Shown: in pieces, positions 37,313-46,800 of the stretch
How the letters are laid out: every line of letters begins with the position of its first letter
How positions within the stretch are numbered: position 1 is the stretch's first letter
Source: an uncultured Oscillospiraceae bacterium
Lineage (GTDB): Bacteria > Bacillota > Clostridia > Oscillospirales > Oscillospiraceae
Length of the DNA: 64,000 nucleotides
Assembly: GCA_900756575.1 (NCBI GenBank)
Contig: CAAEKQ010000008.1
Location: 2,120-66,119, forward strand
Direction: 5' to 3'
Translations under genes and position numbers: made by a program
The notes under the pieces: generated by a model
Told to the model about the DNA's origin: nothing
The model's database searches: none
The model's input: the letters and a program-made list of their open reading frames with translations, nothing else

Positions 37313-38278
37313 TTGGAGCTGACCTTACTATACTACTTCAAAACCGTGGCGGAGCAGGAGAATATCACAAAAGCCGCAGAACTGCTCTATATTTCTCAGC
37401 CGGCCCTGAGTAAGGCCATTGCAAAGCTGGAAAAAAGCCTGGATGTTACGCTGTTTGAGCGCAGAAAAGGACGCATCAGTCTTTCGGCCATGGGCCGGGT
37501 GTATTATGAATATGTCTCCTCGGCCTTTCAGGTGCTGGAATCCGGGGAAAAGAAGCTGGAGGAGATGAAGGAAAGCTCCGGCGAAATGGTTTCCATCGCT
37601 TCTCCAGTAGCCGGAGTATTGCAGGAGCTGATTTATAATTTTCTGCTGTCCGGGGATCTAATTCAAATCAACCAGTATTTATATGAGGAACACATTTTGG
37701 AAAGCGAGCTGTTGTCCGGAAAGCTGGACTTCGCCGTGACCCCCATTACCATTGAAAACAGCGAAATCGAGCAGATCAAGCTCATGGACGAGGATATTTT
37801 CATTGTGGTCAGCCAGGATCATCCGCTGGCCAAGGAAAAGTACATTCGCCTGTATGATTTGAAGGACGATTATTTCTTAGTAGACGAGGCCAGCTTTGAC
37901 CAGAAGATCGTCCGGGTGCTCTGCGGTATTGCCGGATTTGAGCCGAAAATTTTGCTGCACAGCAACGAGGGCGATCTTATTGACGATGCCCTGAGAAGCA
38001 ATCTGGGTGTGGCGCTGGTACCGGCGAACCTGATTTACCGCAAAAATATGAGCCGTCTGGCAGTCCTGCGGGCAACAGATGTGGAGTTGGTTCGTCTGCT
38101 GTCCATTGCCAAACGCCGGGATCGGATTTTCCAGGCCAATACCGCGCGGCTTTATCACTATACCATTCACTATTTTGAAAACCTGGGGCAGGAGCTCCAC
38201 GAATACTTTGGCCAGCTCTTGCCGGAACAGCCGGATGTGGCAAAGAAACGGCTGGGCATCAACCATCTAAAAGGCTAG
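37313..38278 (+). CDS. LysR-family transcriptional regulator
   Basis: N-terminal LysR HTH (ITKAAELLYISQPALSKAIAKLE) plus substrate-binding domain. Confidence 0.85.
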   Translation: MELTLLYYFKTVAEQENITKAAELLYISQPALSKAIAKLEKSLDVTLFERRKGRISLSAMGRVYYEYVSSAFQVLESGEKKLEEMKESSGEMVSIASPVAGVLQELIYNFLLSGDLIQINQYLYEEHILESELLSGKLDFAVTPITIENSEIEQIKLMDEDIFIVVSQDHPLAKEKYIRLYDLKDDYFLVDEASFDQKIVRVLCGIAGFEPKILLHSNEGDLIDDALRSNLGVALVPANLIYRKNMSRLAVLRATDVELVRLLSIAKRRDRIFQANTARLYHYTIHYFENLGQELHEYFGQLLPEQPDVAKKRLGINHLKG

Positions 38279-38327
38279 GATACATGATATATTATAATGT
38301 ATATCCAGCAGAAATCGAGGCAAAAAT

Positions 38328-38729
38328 ATGGGATCTTTGATTTGCGGCATTCATCACGTGGCGCTGAAATGCGACGGAACTGCCGAATTTGAAAAAACAC
38401 TGCACTTTTATCAGGACGTTTTGGGTCTGGAGTCGGTTCGCAGCTGGGGTGAAGGGGAAAATGCAGGGGCCATGCTCTCCACCGGCGACGGTTTACTCGA
38501 GATCTTTGCATCCGGCAAAAAACTACCCCAGGGAGCCATCCGCCATTTTGCACTGCGAACCGAACGAGTTGACGATTGCGTTGCGGCGGTACGGGCCGCG
38601 GGCTATCCCATCACCGTGGAGCCCAAGGACATCGTTATTGCCTCCAATCCGCCGTTTCCCGCAAGAATTGCATTTTGCACCGGCCCGGTGGGGGAAGAAA
38701 TCGAATTTTTCCAGGAACGGGCTCTATGA
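38328..38729 (+). CDS. VOC-family (glyoxalase/bleomycin-resistance fold) protein
   Basis: 133 aa, GIHHVALKC motif. Confidence 0.8.
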   Translation: MGSLICGIHHVALKCDGTAEFEKTLHFYQDVLGLESVRSWGEGENAGAMLSTGDGLLEIFASGKKLPQGAIRHFALRTERVDDCVAAVRAAGYPITVEPKDIVIASNPPFPARIAFCTGPVGEEIEFFQERAL

Positions 38730-39178
38730 ACATCGAGAAAATGACCGCCGAGACTGTGGAGGCCGTGGCAAAGCTGGAAGAAGCGTGCTTTTCCACCCCA
38801 TGGAGCCATAAGGATCTGGTTTCTGAGCTGGAGAACCCCTGGGCCATCTGGATTACGGCCACAGAGGACGGAACGTTAGCCGGGTATCTGGGCATTCAAT
38901 ATGGCCCGGACGGTGCAGATATTATGTCCATCGCCACATCTCCGGATTTTCGCGGAAAAGGCGTGGCAAAACAGCTGCTGAATGACATGGAATTGCGGCT
39001 CAAGGCCCTGCATTTACAGTGGATTACCCTGGAGGTTCGCCCCTCCAATGCCTCGGCCCTGACGCTCTATACGACCCAAGGCTTCCAACAGGTGGGACGA
39101 AGACCGAAATACTATCAAAAACCCACAGAAGACGCTCTGCTTCTAACAAAATACTTTGAGGAGGAACCCAAATGCTGA
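38726..39178 (+). CDS. rimI: Ribosomal-protein-alanine N-acetyltransferase (GNAT)
   Basis: GNAT motif A (RGKGVAKQLL); ATGA overlap with VOC stop; 7-nt overlap with tsaD. Confidence 0.8.
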   Translation: MNIEKMTAETVEAVAKLEEACFSTPWSHKDLVSELENPWAIWITATEDGTLAGYLGIQYGPDGADIMSIATSPDFRGKGVAKQLLNDMELRLKALHLQWITLEVRPSNASALTLYTTQGFQQVGRRPKYYQKPTEDALLLTKYFEEEPKC

Positions 39179-40197
39179 TATTGGGGATCGAAAGCTCCTG
39201 TGACGAAACTGCCCTGGCCATTTCCCGGGACGGCAGGGAGATCTTATCCAACTGTGTGCTGAGTCAGATTGATATGCACACGATCTACGGCGGCGTGGTG
39301 CCGGAAATCGCGTCCCGGAAGCACATTGAGGCCATCGCCGGACTGGCGGATCAGGCGCTGAAAGAGGCCGGCGTCACCCGGCAGGAGCTGGACGCCATCG
39401 CCGTGACCTATGCGCCGGGCCTGATTGGCGCACTGCTGGTGGGCGTAAACTTTGCAAAAGCCGCAGCATTGGCGCTGGATGTGCCCATTGTGCCGGTGCA
39501 TCATATTCGAGGGCACATTGCCGCCAACTACATTGCGTTTCCAGAGCTGGAGCCGCCTTTTGTCTGTCTGAGCGTTTCTGGCGGCAATACGCTGATTCTG
39601 GACGTGCGGGACTATACCGACACCCGAATTCTCGGTTCATCCCGGGACGATGCGGCAGGGGAGTGCTTCGATAAGGTTGCCCGGGTGCTGGGGATGCCCT
39701 ATCCCGGTGGAAAAGCCCTGGACGAAAAGAGCATGACCGGCAATCCCAACGCCTATCATCTGCCCCGTTCCAAGGTAGACGGCGCACCCCTGGACATGAG
39801 CTTCTCCGGCCTGAAAACCGCCGCGCTGAACATTATCCACAACGCCCAGCAGAAGGGCGAGGAATTGAATTTGCCGGATCTCTGCGCCAGCTTTGTTTCC
39901 GCCGTGCAGGATACCCTGGTGCCTCGCGCCATGGAAGCGTTAAAGGAAACCGGTTATGGTAAACTGGCCATTGCAGGCGGTGTGGCGGCCAATTCCCACA
40001 TTCGGGGGGCGTTTGAACAGGAATGTGGAAAAGTCGGCGCAAAACTCTATATGCCGCCCCTATCGCTGTGCGGGGATAACGGCGCCATGATCGCCTGCCA
40101 GGGCTATTATGAATACCTGGCTGGGCACATTGCAGGCCAGGAGCTCAACGCCGTTGCCTCCCTTCCCGCAGAACGTGGCAGTTATATTGGAATGTAG
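39172..40197 (+). CDS. tsaD: tRNA N6-adenosine threonylcarbamoyltransferase
   Basis: Kae1/TsaD signature (ILGIESSCDETA..., HHIRGHI metal-binding His pair). Confidence 0.95.
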   Translation: MLILGIESSCDETALAISRDGREILSNCVLSQIDMHTIYGGVVPEIASRKHIEAIAGLADQALKEAGVTRQELDAIAVTYAPGLIGALLVGVNFAKAAALALDVPIVPVHHIRGHIAANYIAFPELEPPFVCLSVSGGNTLILDVRDYTDTRILGSSRDDAAGECFDKVARVLGMPYPGGKALDEKSMTGNPNAYHLPRSKVDGAPLDMSFSGLKTAALNIIHNAQQKGEELNLPDLCASFVSAVQDTLVPRAMEALKETGYGKLAIAGGVAANSHIRGAFEQECGKVGAKLYMPPLSLCGDNGAMIACQGYYEYLAGHIAGQELNAVASLPAERGSYIGM

Positions 40198-40356
40198 TTC
40201 CAGTATTTCTTTTATATGTATGCATTGCGGTTTTTTCTCCGGAAAATCACGGGATTTGAAAGAAAATATTCTTGATTTTTGGAAAATGCTTACTTGACAA
40301 GATTTTTGAACAAATTTTATGTCAACCAAAAGAACGCACCGGGACGTGCAAAACTC

Positions 40357-40450
40357 TTGTGGAGAACTCTGTGGATAATCTGGAAAACCCCATATTGCGG
40401 GGAAAACTCCGGTGGATAACTGTGGATAACTCTGTGGAAACTGTGGATAA
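40357..40450 (+). repeat. Cluster of six same-orientation DnaA boxes (3 perfect TGTGGATAA at 40370, 40421, 40442; imperfect at 40357, 40411, 40433)
   Basis: Direct reading of TTATCCACA reverse complement; all boxes on the same strand within 94 bp; 19 kb from dnaA. Confidence 0.75.
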
Positions 40451-40579
40451 CTTTTACACATGCCCTTTGTTGTAATATTTATGTAAACTCATGGGCCTTC
40501 ATGACTGCTTTTGGTGGAGCTTTCATTCTGCATCACGCGCTTCCTCCGCCGTCATTTCCATGTTTTCCATGTTCGGTAC

Positions 40580-40608
40580 TTGACGGAAGAATGAATTCAT
40601 GATAAAAT
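40580..40608 (+). promoter_or_regulatory. SigA promoter of tRNA-Thr (TTGACG-17-TAAAAT)
   Basis: -10 ends 14 nt before the tRNA 5' end. Confidence 0.55.
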
Positions 40609-40622
40609 AGACAGGCTAAATT

Positions 40623-40697
40623 GCTGGTGTGGCTCAATGGCAGAGCATCTCACTCGTAATGAGAAGGTTGTGGGTTCGATTCCCACCATCAGCTCCA
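40623..40697 (+). tRNA. tRNA-Thr (anticodon CGT)
   Basis: Manual cloverleaf: acceptor GCTGGTG/CATCAGC (one G.U), D-arm GCTC/GAGC, anticodon stem TCTCA/TGAGA with loop CTCGTAA, T-arm GTGGG-TTCGATT-CCCAC, encoded CCA. Confidence 0.9.
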
Positions 40698-40740
40698 CCC
40701 CATGGAATCCTACGATTCCATGGGGTTCCCTTTTATTTAA
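40698..40740 (+). terminator. Terminator after tRNA-Thr (CCCCATGGAATC-ctac-GATTCCATGGGG + T-run)
   Basis: 12-bp perfect stem. Confidence 0.8.
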
Positions 40741-40988
40741 CATCCTCGGGCGGAATAAATCCGCCCTGTGACCGAAGGAAATGCCTGTGGTACGGGAACT
40801 CGGCTACGCCGAGATTCACGGCGGGCTCCCGCCGACGGTCAGAAGCCCGCTGAGCCAAACCCCTTTTCATTTCACCAATTGCAACTCTTTCTTCTTGATC
40901 CTTTACAGTTTTTCTGCTAATATAATTAAAAAACAAGAGATTTTCAATTATTCGTCGATTTTGGACTAGGCAGTACATTTGTGAACAG

Positions 40989-41186
40989 GTGGTGAAAACT
41001 ATGTCATGCGATAACCATAGACCCTGCACCTGCCGCAATATCAGCTGCAAGAATCACGGCCGCTGCTGCGCCTGTGTTGCAACCCATCGAGAACGGGGCA
41101 ATCTTCCATTCTGCCTCTATACCCCCGAACAAATTGCAGAAATGGAGCAAAATCGCCCGAAAATTCCGCCACCGGATCATCATTAA
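40989..41186 (+). CDS. Small cysteine-rich protein (8 Cys, 3 His in 40 aa; probable metal-binding), hypothetical
   Basis: 65 aa; RBS AGGTGGTGA; 26 nt upstream of a MATE transporter. Confidence 0.45.
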   Translation: MVKTMSCDNHRPCTCRNISCKNHGRCCACVATHRERGNLPFCLYTPEQIAEMEQNRPKIPPPDHH

Positions 41187-41212
41187 ACATCCCGCAAGTA
41201 GGAGGACCGTAC

Positions 41213-42553
41213 ATGGAACAGGATCTTACACAAGGATCAATCTCAAAAGTTTTGCTCAGATTTGTGCTGCCGTTTTTGGGCGCATCCATTCTGCAATTTC
41301 TTTACTCGGTTGTTGACATGATAATCGTAGGACAATTTGCCGATGCCGCAGCCATTTCAGCCGTCAACACCTCCGGCCAAATCATGCAGCTCATCACCGG
41401 CCTGATTTCCGGAATCGCCACCGGCGGCACCGTTTTAATCGGGCAGCACGTAGGGGCAAAACGCTATCCCTCCGTCAGTTCCGTGGCGCAGGCGCTTCTG
41501 GCGCTTTGCCTGGGACTTGGCGTTCTGCTCACAGCGGTCTTTCTCGCCGGGAACCATTTCATCATCTCCATCATGCAGGTTCCGGCAGCGGCAGTCCTGC
41601 CGGCTCAGGATTATCTGCGCATTACCAGCCTAGGGATTCTTTTTATCGCCGGATACAATGGAATTTCCGCAATTCTCCGGGGCTTGGGAGATTCCAAACG
41701 CCCCATGTATTTTGTGGGCTGCTCCTGTATCCTCAACATTTTTGGAGACTTGCTGCTGGTTGGCGGATTCCGAATGGGCGCCGCCGGTGCCGCACTGGCA
41801 ACCATGCTTTCTCAAGCAGTTGCCTGTATTCTGGCTCTGCTGTTTCTCCTTCGCGGAACGTTGCCGTTCCCATTTTCCTGCAATCCTCGGAAGGCACAGC
41901 CTGCGATCATGGGGCAGGTGCTCCGCCTTGGCATTCCCCTGGCTGCACAGGATGTGCTGGTGAATCTCTCCTTCGTCATGATTACGGCCATTGTCAACCA
42001 CATGGGGCTGACCCAATCCGCCGCAGTGGGCGTGGTAGAGCGCATTATCGGATTTGGTATGCTGATTCCCATCGCCTTCCTCTCGGCGCTGTCCGCATTC
42101 ACGGCGCAAAATGTAGGCGCCCGTGAGCTGGAGCGGACAAAATCCGGTCTGAAGCTCTCGATTTTGCTTTGTCTCGTTGTAACAGGAGTATTTACCGGAG
42201 TGATTGAATGCTTCCCCGGGGCTGTCTCCAAGCTGTTTACCAGTGACCGCGCCGTTGTGTCCAACTGCATTCTCTATCTGCGCACCTATTCGCTGGATAT
42301 TCTAATGGTATCCTTCGTATTTTGCTTCAACGGATTTTTCTCCGGCTATGGAAAGACCACCTTTACCATGCTCAACTGCGTTCTTTCCACGTTTTTGGTT
42401 CGGGTTCCACTGGTCTATCTGTTCAGTATTCTTCCGAATACCAGCTTACTTCTCATCGGCATTGCCGCACCAACGGCCTCACTGGTTCAAATCATTATGC
42501 AGCTAGTTTACTACCGTGCAGGCAGTTGGAAGCGCATAGAACAAATCTCATAA
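41213..42553 (+). CDS. MATE family efflux transporter
   Basis: 12-TM MATE; RBS GGAGGA. Confidence 0.85.
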   Translation: MEQDLTQGSISKVLLRFVLPFLGASILQFLYSVVDMIIVGQFADAAAISAVNTSGQIMQLITGLISGIATGGTVLIGQHVGAKRYPSVSSVAQALLALCLGLGVLLTAVFLAGNHFIISIMQVPAAAVLPAQDYLRITSLGILFIAGYNGISAILRGLGDSKRPMYFVGCSCILNIFGDLLLVGGFRMGAAGAALATMLSQAVACILALLFLLRGTLPFPFSCNPRKAQPAIMGQVLRLGIPLAAQDVLVNLSFVMITAIVNHMGLTQSAAVGVVERIIGFGMLIPIAFLSALSAFTAQNVGARELERTKSGLKLSILLCLVVTGVFTGVIECFPGAVSKLFTSDRAVVSNCILYLRTYSLDILMVSFVFCFNGFFSGYGKTTFTMLNCVLSTFLVRVPLVYLFSILPNTSLLLIGIAAPTASLVQIIMQLVYYRAGSWKRIEQIS

Positions 42554-42642
42554 ACACAGAAATGAATATTGTGATTGCGATATGCCGCTTAATTGGATCA
42601 ATTGCGTTCAAATGAGTGATATCAATTTTGTCCTGTATCGTC

Positions 42643-42685
42643 ATCCCGCCGCAAGCGGCAGAGCACTTGCGGCGGGATTTTCATA
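42643..42685 (+). terminator. Terminator after the MATE gene (ATCCCGCCGCAAG...CTTGCGGCGGGAT)
   Basis: 13-bp perfect stem, TTTTCAT tail. Confidence 0.75.
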
Positions 42686-42736
42686 TTCCAAGAAACGCGC
42701 GCTCCACATGATCCGTTCATGCAGGAGCGCACGTTT

Positions 42737-43405
42737 TTATTTTCCACTCAGCAGCTCCGGTACCTCCCGAATGCCGCTGCCAATATAATATTGAATCTGC
42801 CTTGTAGCCGCATCCTCCAAATAAGCCGTAGTCACCAGCGCCTTGCGAATGCCATTCTCCTGTGCATCCTCGGCTTGCTGCGCCAGCCGCGCGATTTCGC
42901 CTTCATACCGCCCCTCATCTGTCCACCGAATTTCCGCATAGATCTCCCAGCTCTGGAGCAACGGCGCATATTCATAGCGGTAGGTTACAACCGTTCCCTC
43001 ATCCCCGCAGTCCGGCAAAAACTGCGCCGTTTCCAGCTCCTTTTGCACCGGCAGATCATAGGTTCCGTAGGCTGCTTCCTCCGTTGTAGCAGAGTGAATG
43101 GATTCTGCCAGCAAAGTCGGCACAAATATCCCCTGTACCACCAGCACCACAATAAATATCACGGCCGCGCATACGCTCATCCACGTCAGCTGCATCCGGA
43201 CCGCCTTATATTCCATCACCAATATTCCGGCACAGGGCACCGCAAACAGCAGCATCGCTATTATAATGTATATCACCGGCGTAATCTGTGGAAAAGCGGG
43301 AAATGGGATAAGCTGTGCAATGATTAACCCGGCAAACACCGCACAAATCAGGGCTGTTCCCGCAAATACAGCAATTCTAACAAATTTTCCACTCAAATTT
43401 CTCAC
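42737..43405 (-). CDS. Hypothetical 3-TM membrane protein with acidic C-terminal domain
   Basis: ORF-track start (43474) is a TTG; true start uncertain (GTG about 43405 or downstream ATG). Confidence 0.5.
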   Translation of the reverse strand: MRNLSGKFVRIAVFAGTALICAVFAGLIIAQLIPFPAFPQITPVIYIIIAMLLFAVPCAGILVMEYKAVRMQLTWMSVCAAVIFIVVLVVQGIFVPTLLAESIHSATTEEAAYGTYDLPVQKELETAQFLPDCGDEGTVVTYRYEYAPLLQSWEIYAEIRWTDEGRYEGEIARLAQQAEDAQENGIRKALVTTAYLEDAATRQIQYYIGSGIREVPELLSGK

Positions 43406-43818
43406 GTCCAATTTTGTACTTAAACATCTTCCATTTTCTGAAATTATTTTAACATTTTTCGAATCATTTCGCAAGTAAATGGAAGAATTGTCCTTCGTTT
43501 TTCCTGTCTAAAATTGACGAAAAGCACCTCTGCCTTTCAATTTCTGAAAATATTCCAAGTGTCTGCAAATTCTAAAAATGTTGCAGCAAAATCACACTTC
43601 TCTCTCCGGTTCCTCATCAGCTTTTATTTATAAGGTGTAAACAAAATATCATATAGACTTTATGAATTATGAATGATATAATTTATGCTGCGAAGTATCC
43701 TAGAATTTGGCTGCATCTACAATATGCTGCAACTATTCACAATATCTTCTGCTCATTCAATTTGCAGAAACCCCGGCATATGCCGTTCATATAGAGACAA
43801 AAATAAAGGAGTGAGTGT

Positions 43819-46800
43819 ATGAAAACAGCACGCAGACGCCTGATCTCCATCTGTTTGGTGATCGCCATGGTATTTGCCATGGTGCCTGGCGTATGGGCTG
43901 CTTCCTCCGTTGGCGTTCCCGAGGGACGTGTGTACATCACCAGCACGAAGTATGCACTGGTTCCCGGCGCCACCGAAACAGTTCTGACCACCAATAACCA
44001 AGCAGGTACCGATCAGTGTATCGGCTTCCTTATGGAGTTCTCCGGCAGTGCGCTAAAGGACGGCACCATTAAGGCAGTCGCTTCCTACAAGGACCACCAG
44101 TATGAAAATCTCGGTCTCCAGACGGTCATGGATCAGGCAAAGGCCTATGAAAAGACCCATAAGGACGAGACCGTAATTGCCGGTATCAACGGTGACTTCT
44201 TCAACTTCACCAATGGTGAGCCTGTAGGTGCCCTTGTTATGGACGGCACCGTCTATCATCCCAACAATGGCCGCCCCTACTTTGCCATTCTGAAGGACGG
44301 CACCGCTACCATTCGTGAAGCCTCCCAGGAGGATCTCTCCGATGTAGCGCAGGCCATCGGCGGTGACGAGATTCTGGTTCGTAACGGCGTTCCCCAGACC
44401 TTCGAGAGCGACTATGCCACCCTGAAGTACAGCCGTACCGCCCTGGGCATTAAGGCCGACGGCACCATCGTCACCTATACCACCCACGGCATCAGCGCTC
44501 CCACCAGCTGTGGCGAAACCTATAATGATCTGGCTAAGATTTTGGCTGCACAGGGCTGTGTCATCGCCCTGAACATCGACGGCGGCGGTTCCTCCACCTC
44601 CATTTCCATGCGTGAGGGCACCAACACTCTGGCCGTTCGGAACAGCCCTTCCGACGGTACTCCCCGTACCGTCAGCTCCGCGTTCCTCTTTGCCAGCACG
44701 GTAAAGCCCAGCGGTGTGTTTGACCATGCCAGCCTGACCCCCAACAACGAGTACTATACCCCCTCTACTGCTGATGCGGCTACCACCGTACAGTTTGAGG
44801 CATCCGGCGTTGACTCCGTTGGTTCCACCGCTCCGCTGCCGGAGTCCGGCCTGACCTGGGCCCTCAATAAGGACAGCGCTGAGATGGGTACCATCGACGC
44901 TTCCACCGGTCTGTTTACCGCAGCTGCCGGAAAGCTGGGTACCGTAGGCGTAGAGCTGATGTATCAGGATAATGTCGTAGGCGAGACCACCATTCAGCTG
45001 GTAGAGCCAGAGGAGATTTCCTTCAGCGGCACCGGCGTCAGCCTGAACTTCAATGATTCTTCCGATCTGGGCCTGTCCGTCAGAGGCGCAGGCATGACCC
45101 TGAATCATAAAGACGGCGACTTTACCTGGGACGTAAGCTGCAACACCTCCGGCGTTGACGTGAAGGACTTCGGTACCGTAACCGGCAACATCTTCACCAG
45201 CGGCCCCAAGCAGAGCTTCTCCATGGACGGCAACGTCACCGTTTCCTACACCAAGCAGGACGGCACCAAAATCTCCGCTACGATCTTCGTAGAGGTCGGC
45301 AAAATGCCCATCGTCGCAATGGACTTTGAGGACACCACCGGCATTCAGGGCGAAGACGTGGTTGGCCTGTGGGACTGGGGTACAACTACCAGTGCCTTCT
45401 ATAATGCCACAGAAGATCAGTCCTATACTTTTAAGCACTACGAAAACCTGTACTATCTCCAGTCTGTTCCCCAGACCAGCGATAAACTGTGGATCAACGA
45501 GATCTATGAGACCAAGCAGCCCTGGACCGAGAATGAGGACGGTACCATCACTGTAACCTACAACGGTCAGGAATTTGAGGGCACCAAGGAGGAAAACTAT
45601 GGAACCTCCGGTCAGCCTTGGGTCGGTTTCACCGATGAAAACGGTGTCAATTACGTCTGGTATGTCTATTCTAAGGAATCTGGATGGAGAGGAAACTACA
45701 ATACATCCAGAGGTTCCGCAGCGGCGATTCTGGGCGCAGACGGGTACGATATGTATGTCTGGCACACCAATGCAAACCCCAGTAACGTCAATGGCCCCCT
45801 CCATGGTGAGGGCAGTAAGATCGTCGATGCCAGCACCGGCGAGGTTCGGTTTGGCGAGCACGCACTGAAGCTGACCTACGACTATCGGAACTTCTCTCCC
45901 ACCGGCGGCACCAAGAACTGCAACACCTACTATCGTGTGACCAATCCGCTGACCGCGCAGGGCAGCCCCACCGGTTTTGGTATGTGGGTATACGCTCCCG
46001 AGGGCATGTCCAACTTCTGGTTCTGGACGCAGGTTACCTACTGGAATGGAACTGCATGGGTAGATTCCACTATTCACTTTAAGCCTGCCGGCGCAGAGAA
46101 GACCCTGCAGTACACCGGCATCAACTGGACCGGCTGGACCTATGTAGAAGCCGATCTTTCCGGTGTTTACAAAGCTGGCGCTGTGGTAGATGCCGACCAT
46201 CCCATTCAGATCCGCAGCGGCAACCCGATGATCCTGATGACCTACATCCCCGGCGGCACCTCTGACGGCAACGGCAACGCCATCGTCTGCGGTAGCAAGA
46301 GCGAGGGCTACTTCTACATTGACAACGTTCGCTGGGTCTATGGCACCAACGTAGACGATATGGACGCACCGCAGATCATCACTGCAAAGGCAAATGATAC
46401 TGCTCTGTCCACCAAGGAGACCACCACTCTTACCAGCAACGACATCTCCTTCTATGTAGAGTTCACCGATCCTCAGGGCGAGAACTACTCCGGTATTGAC
46501 GAGTCCGCTACCCAGGTGTTCCTGGACGGCGCGGTTCTTCCCTCCGCACAGTTCACCGCTTCCGCTGACCGTCTCCAGACTCAGGTTCTGTCTCTGGCCA
46601 ACGGCGAGCATACCCTGGAGGTTCAGATCAGCGATAACTTTGGCAACAAGACCAATCAGGTCTACAACCTTGTTGTGAACAACCCCAACAGCACCATTCC
46701 CACCGTTACCGTTACCCGCAGCGAGAGCATTGAGCTGGGCGGCAACTACAAGGTTTCCATCCAGGCTGACTCCCTGGAAAACATTGCATCCGTCAGCACC

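Noticed and set aside
40060-40461. 133-aa minus-strand ORF spanning the tsaD 3' end and the DnaA-box cluster
   Set aside because: Overlaps tsaD and a repeat region; translation is repeat-derived (…WITVDNSVET…).
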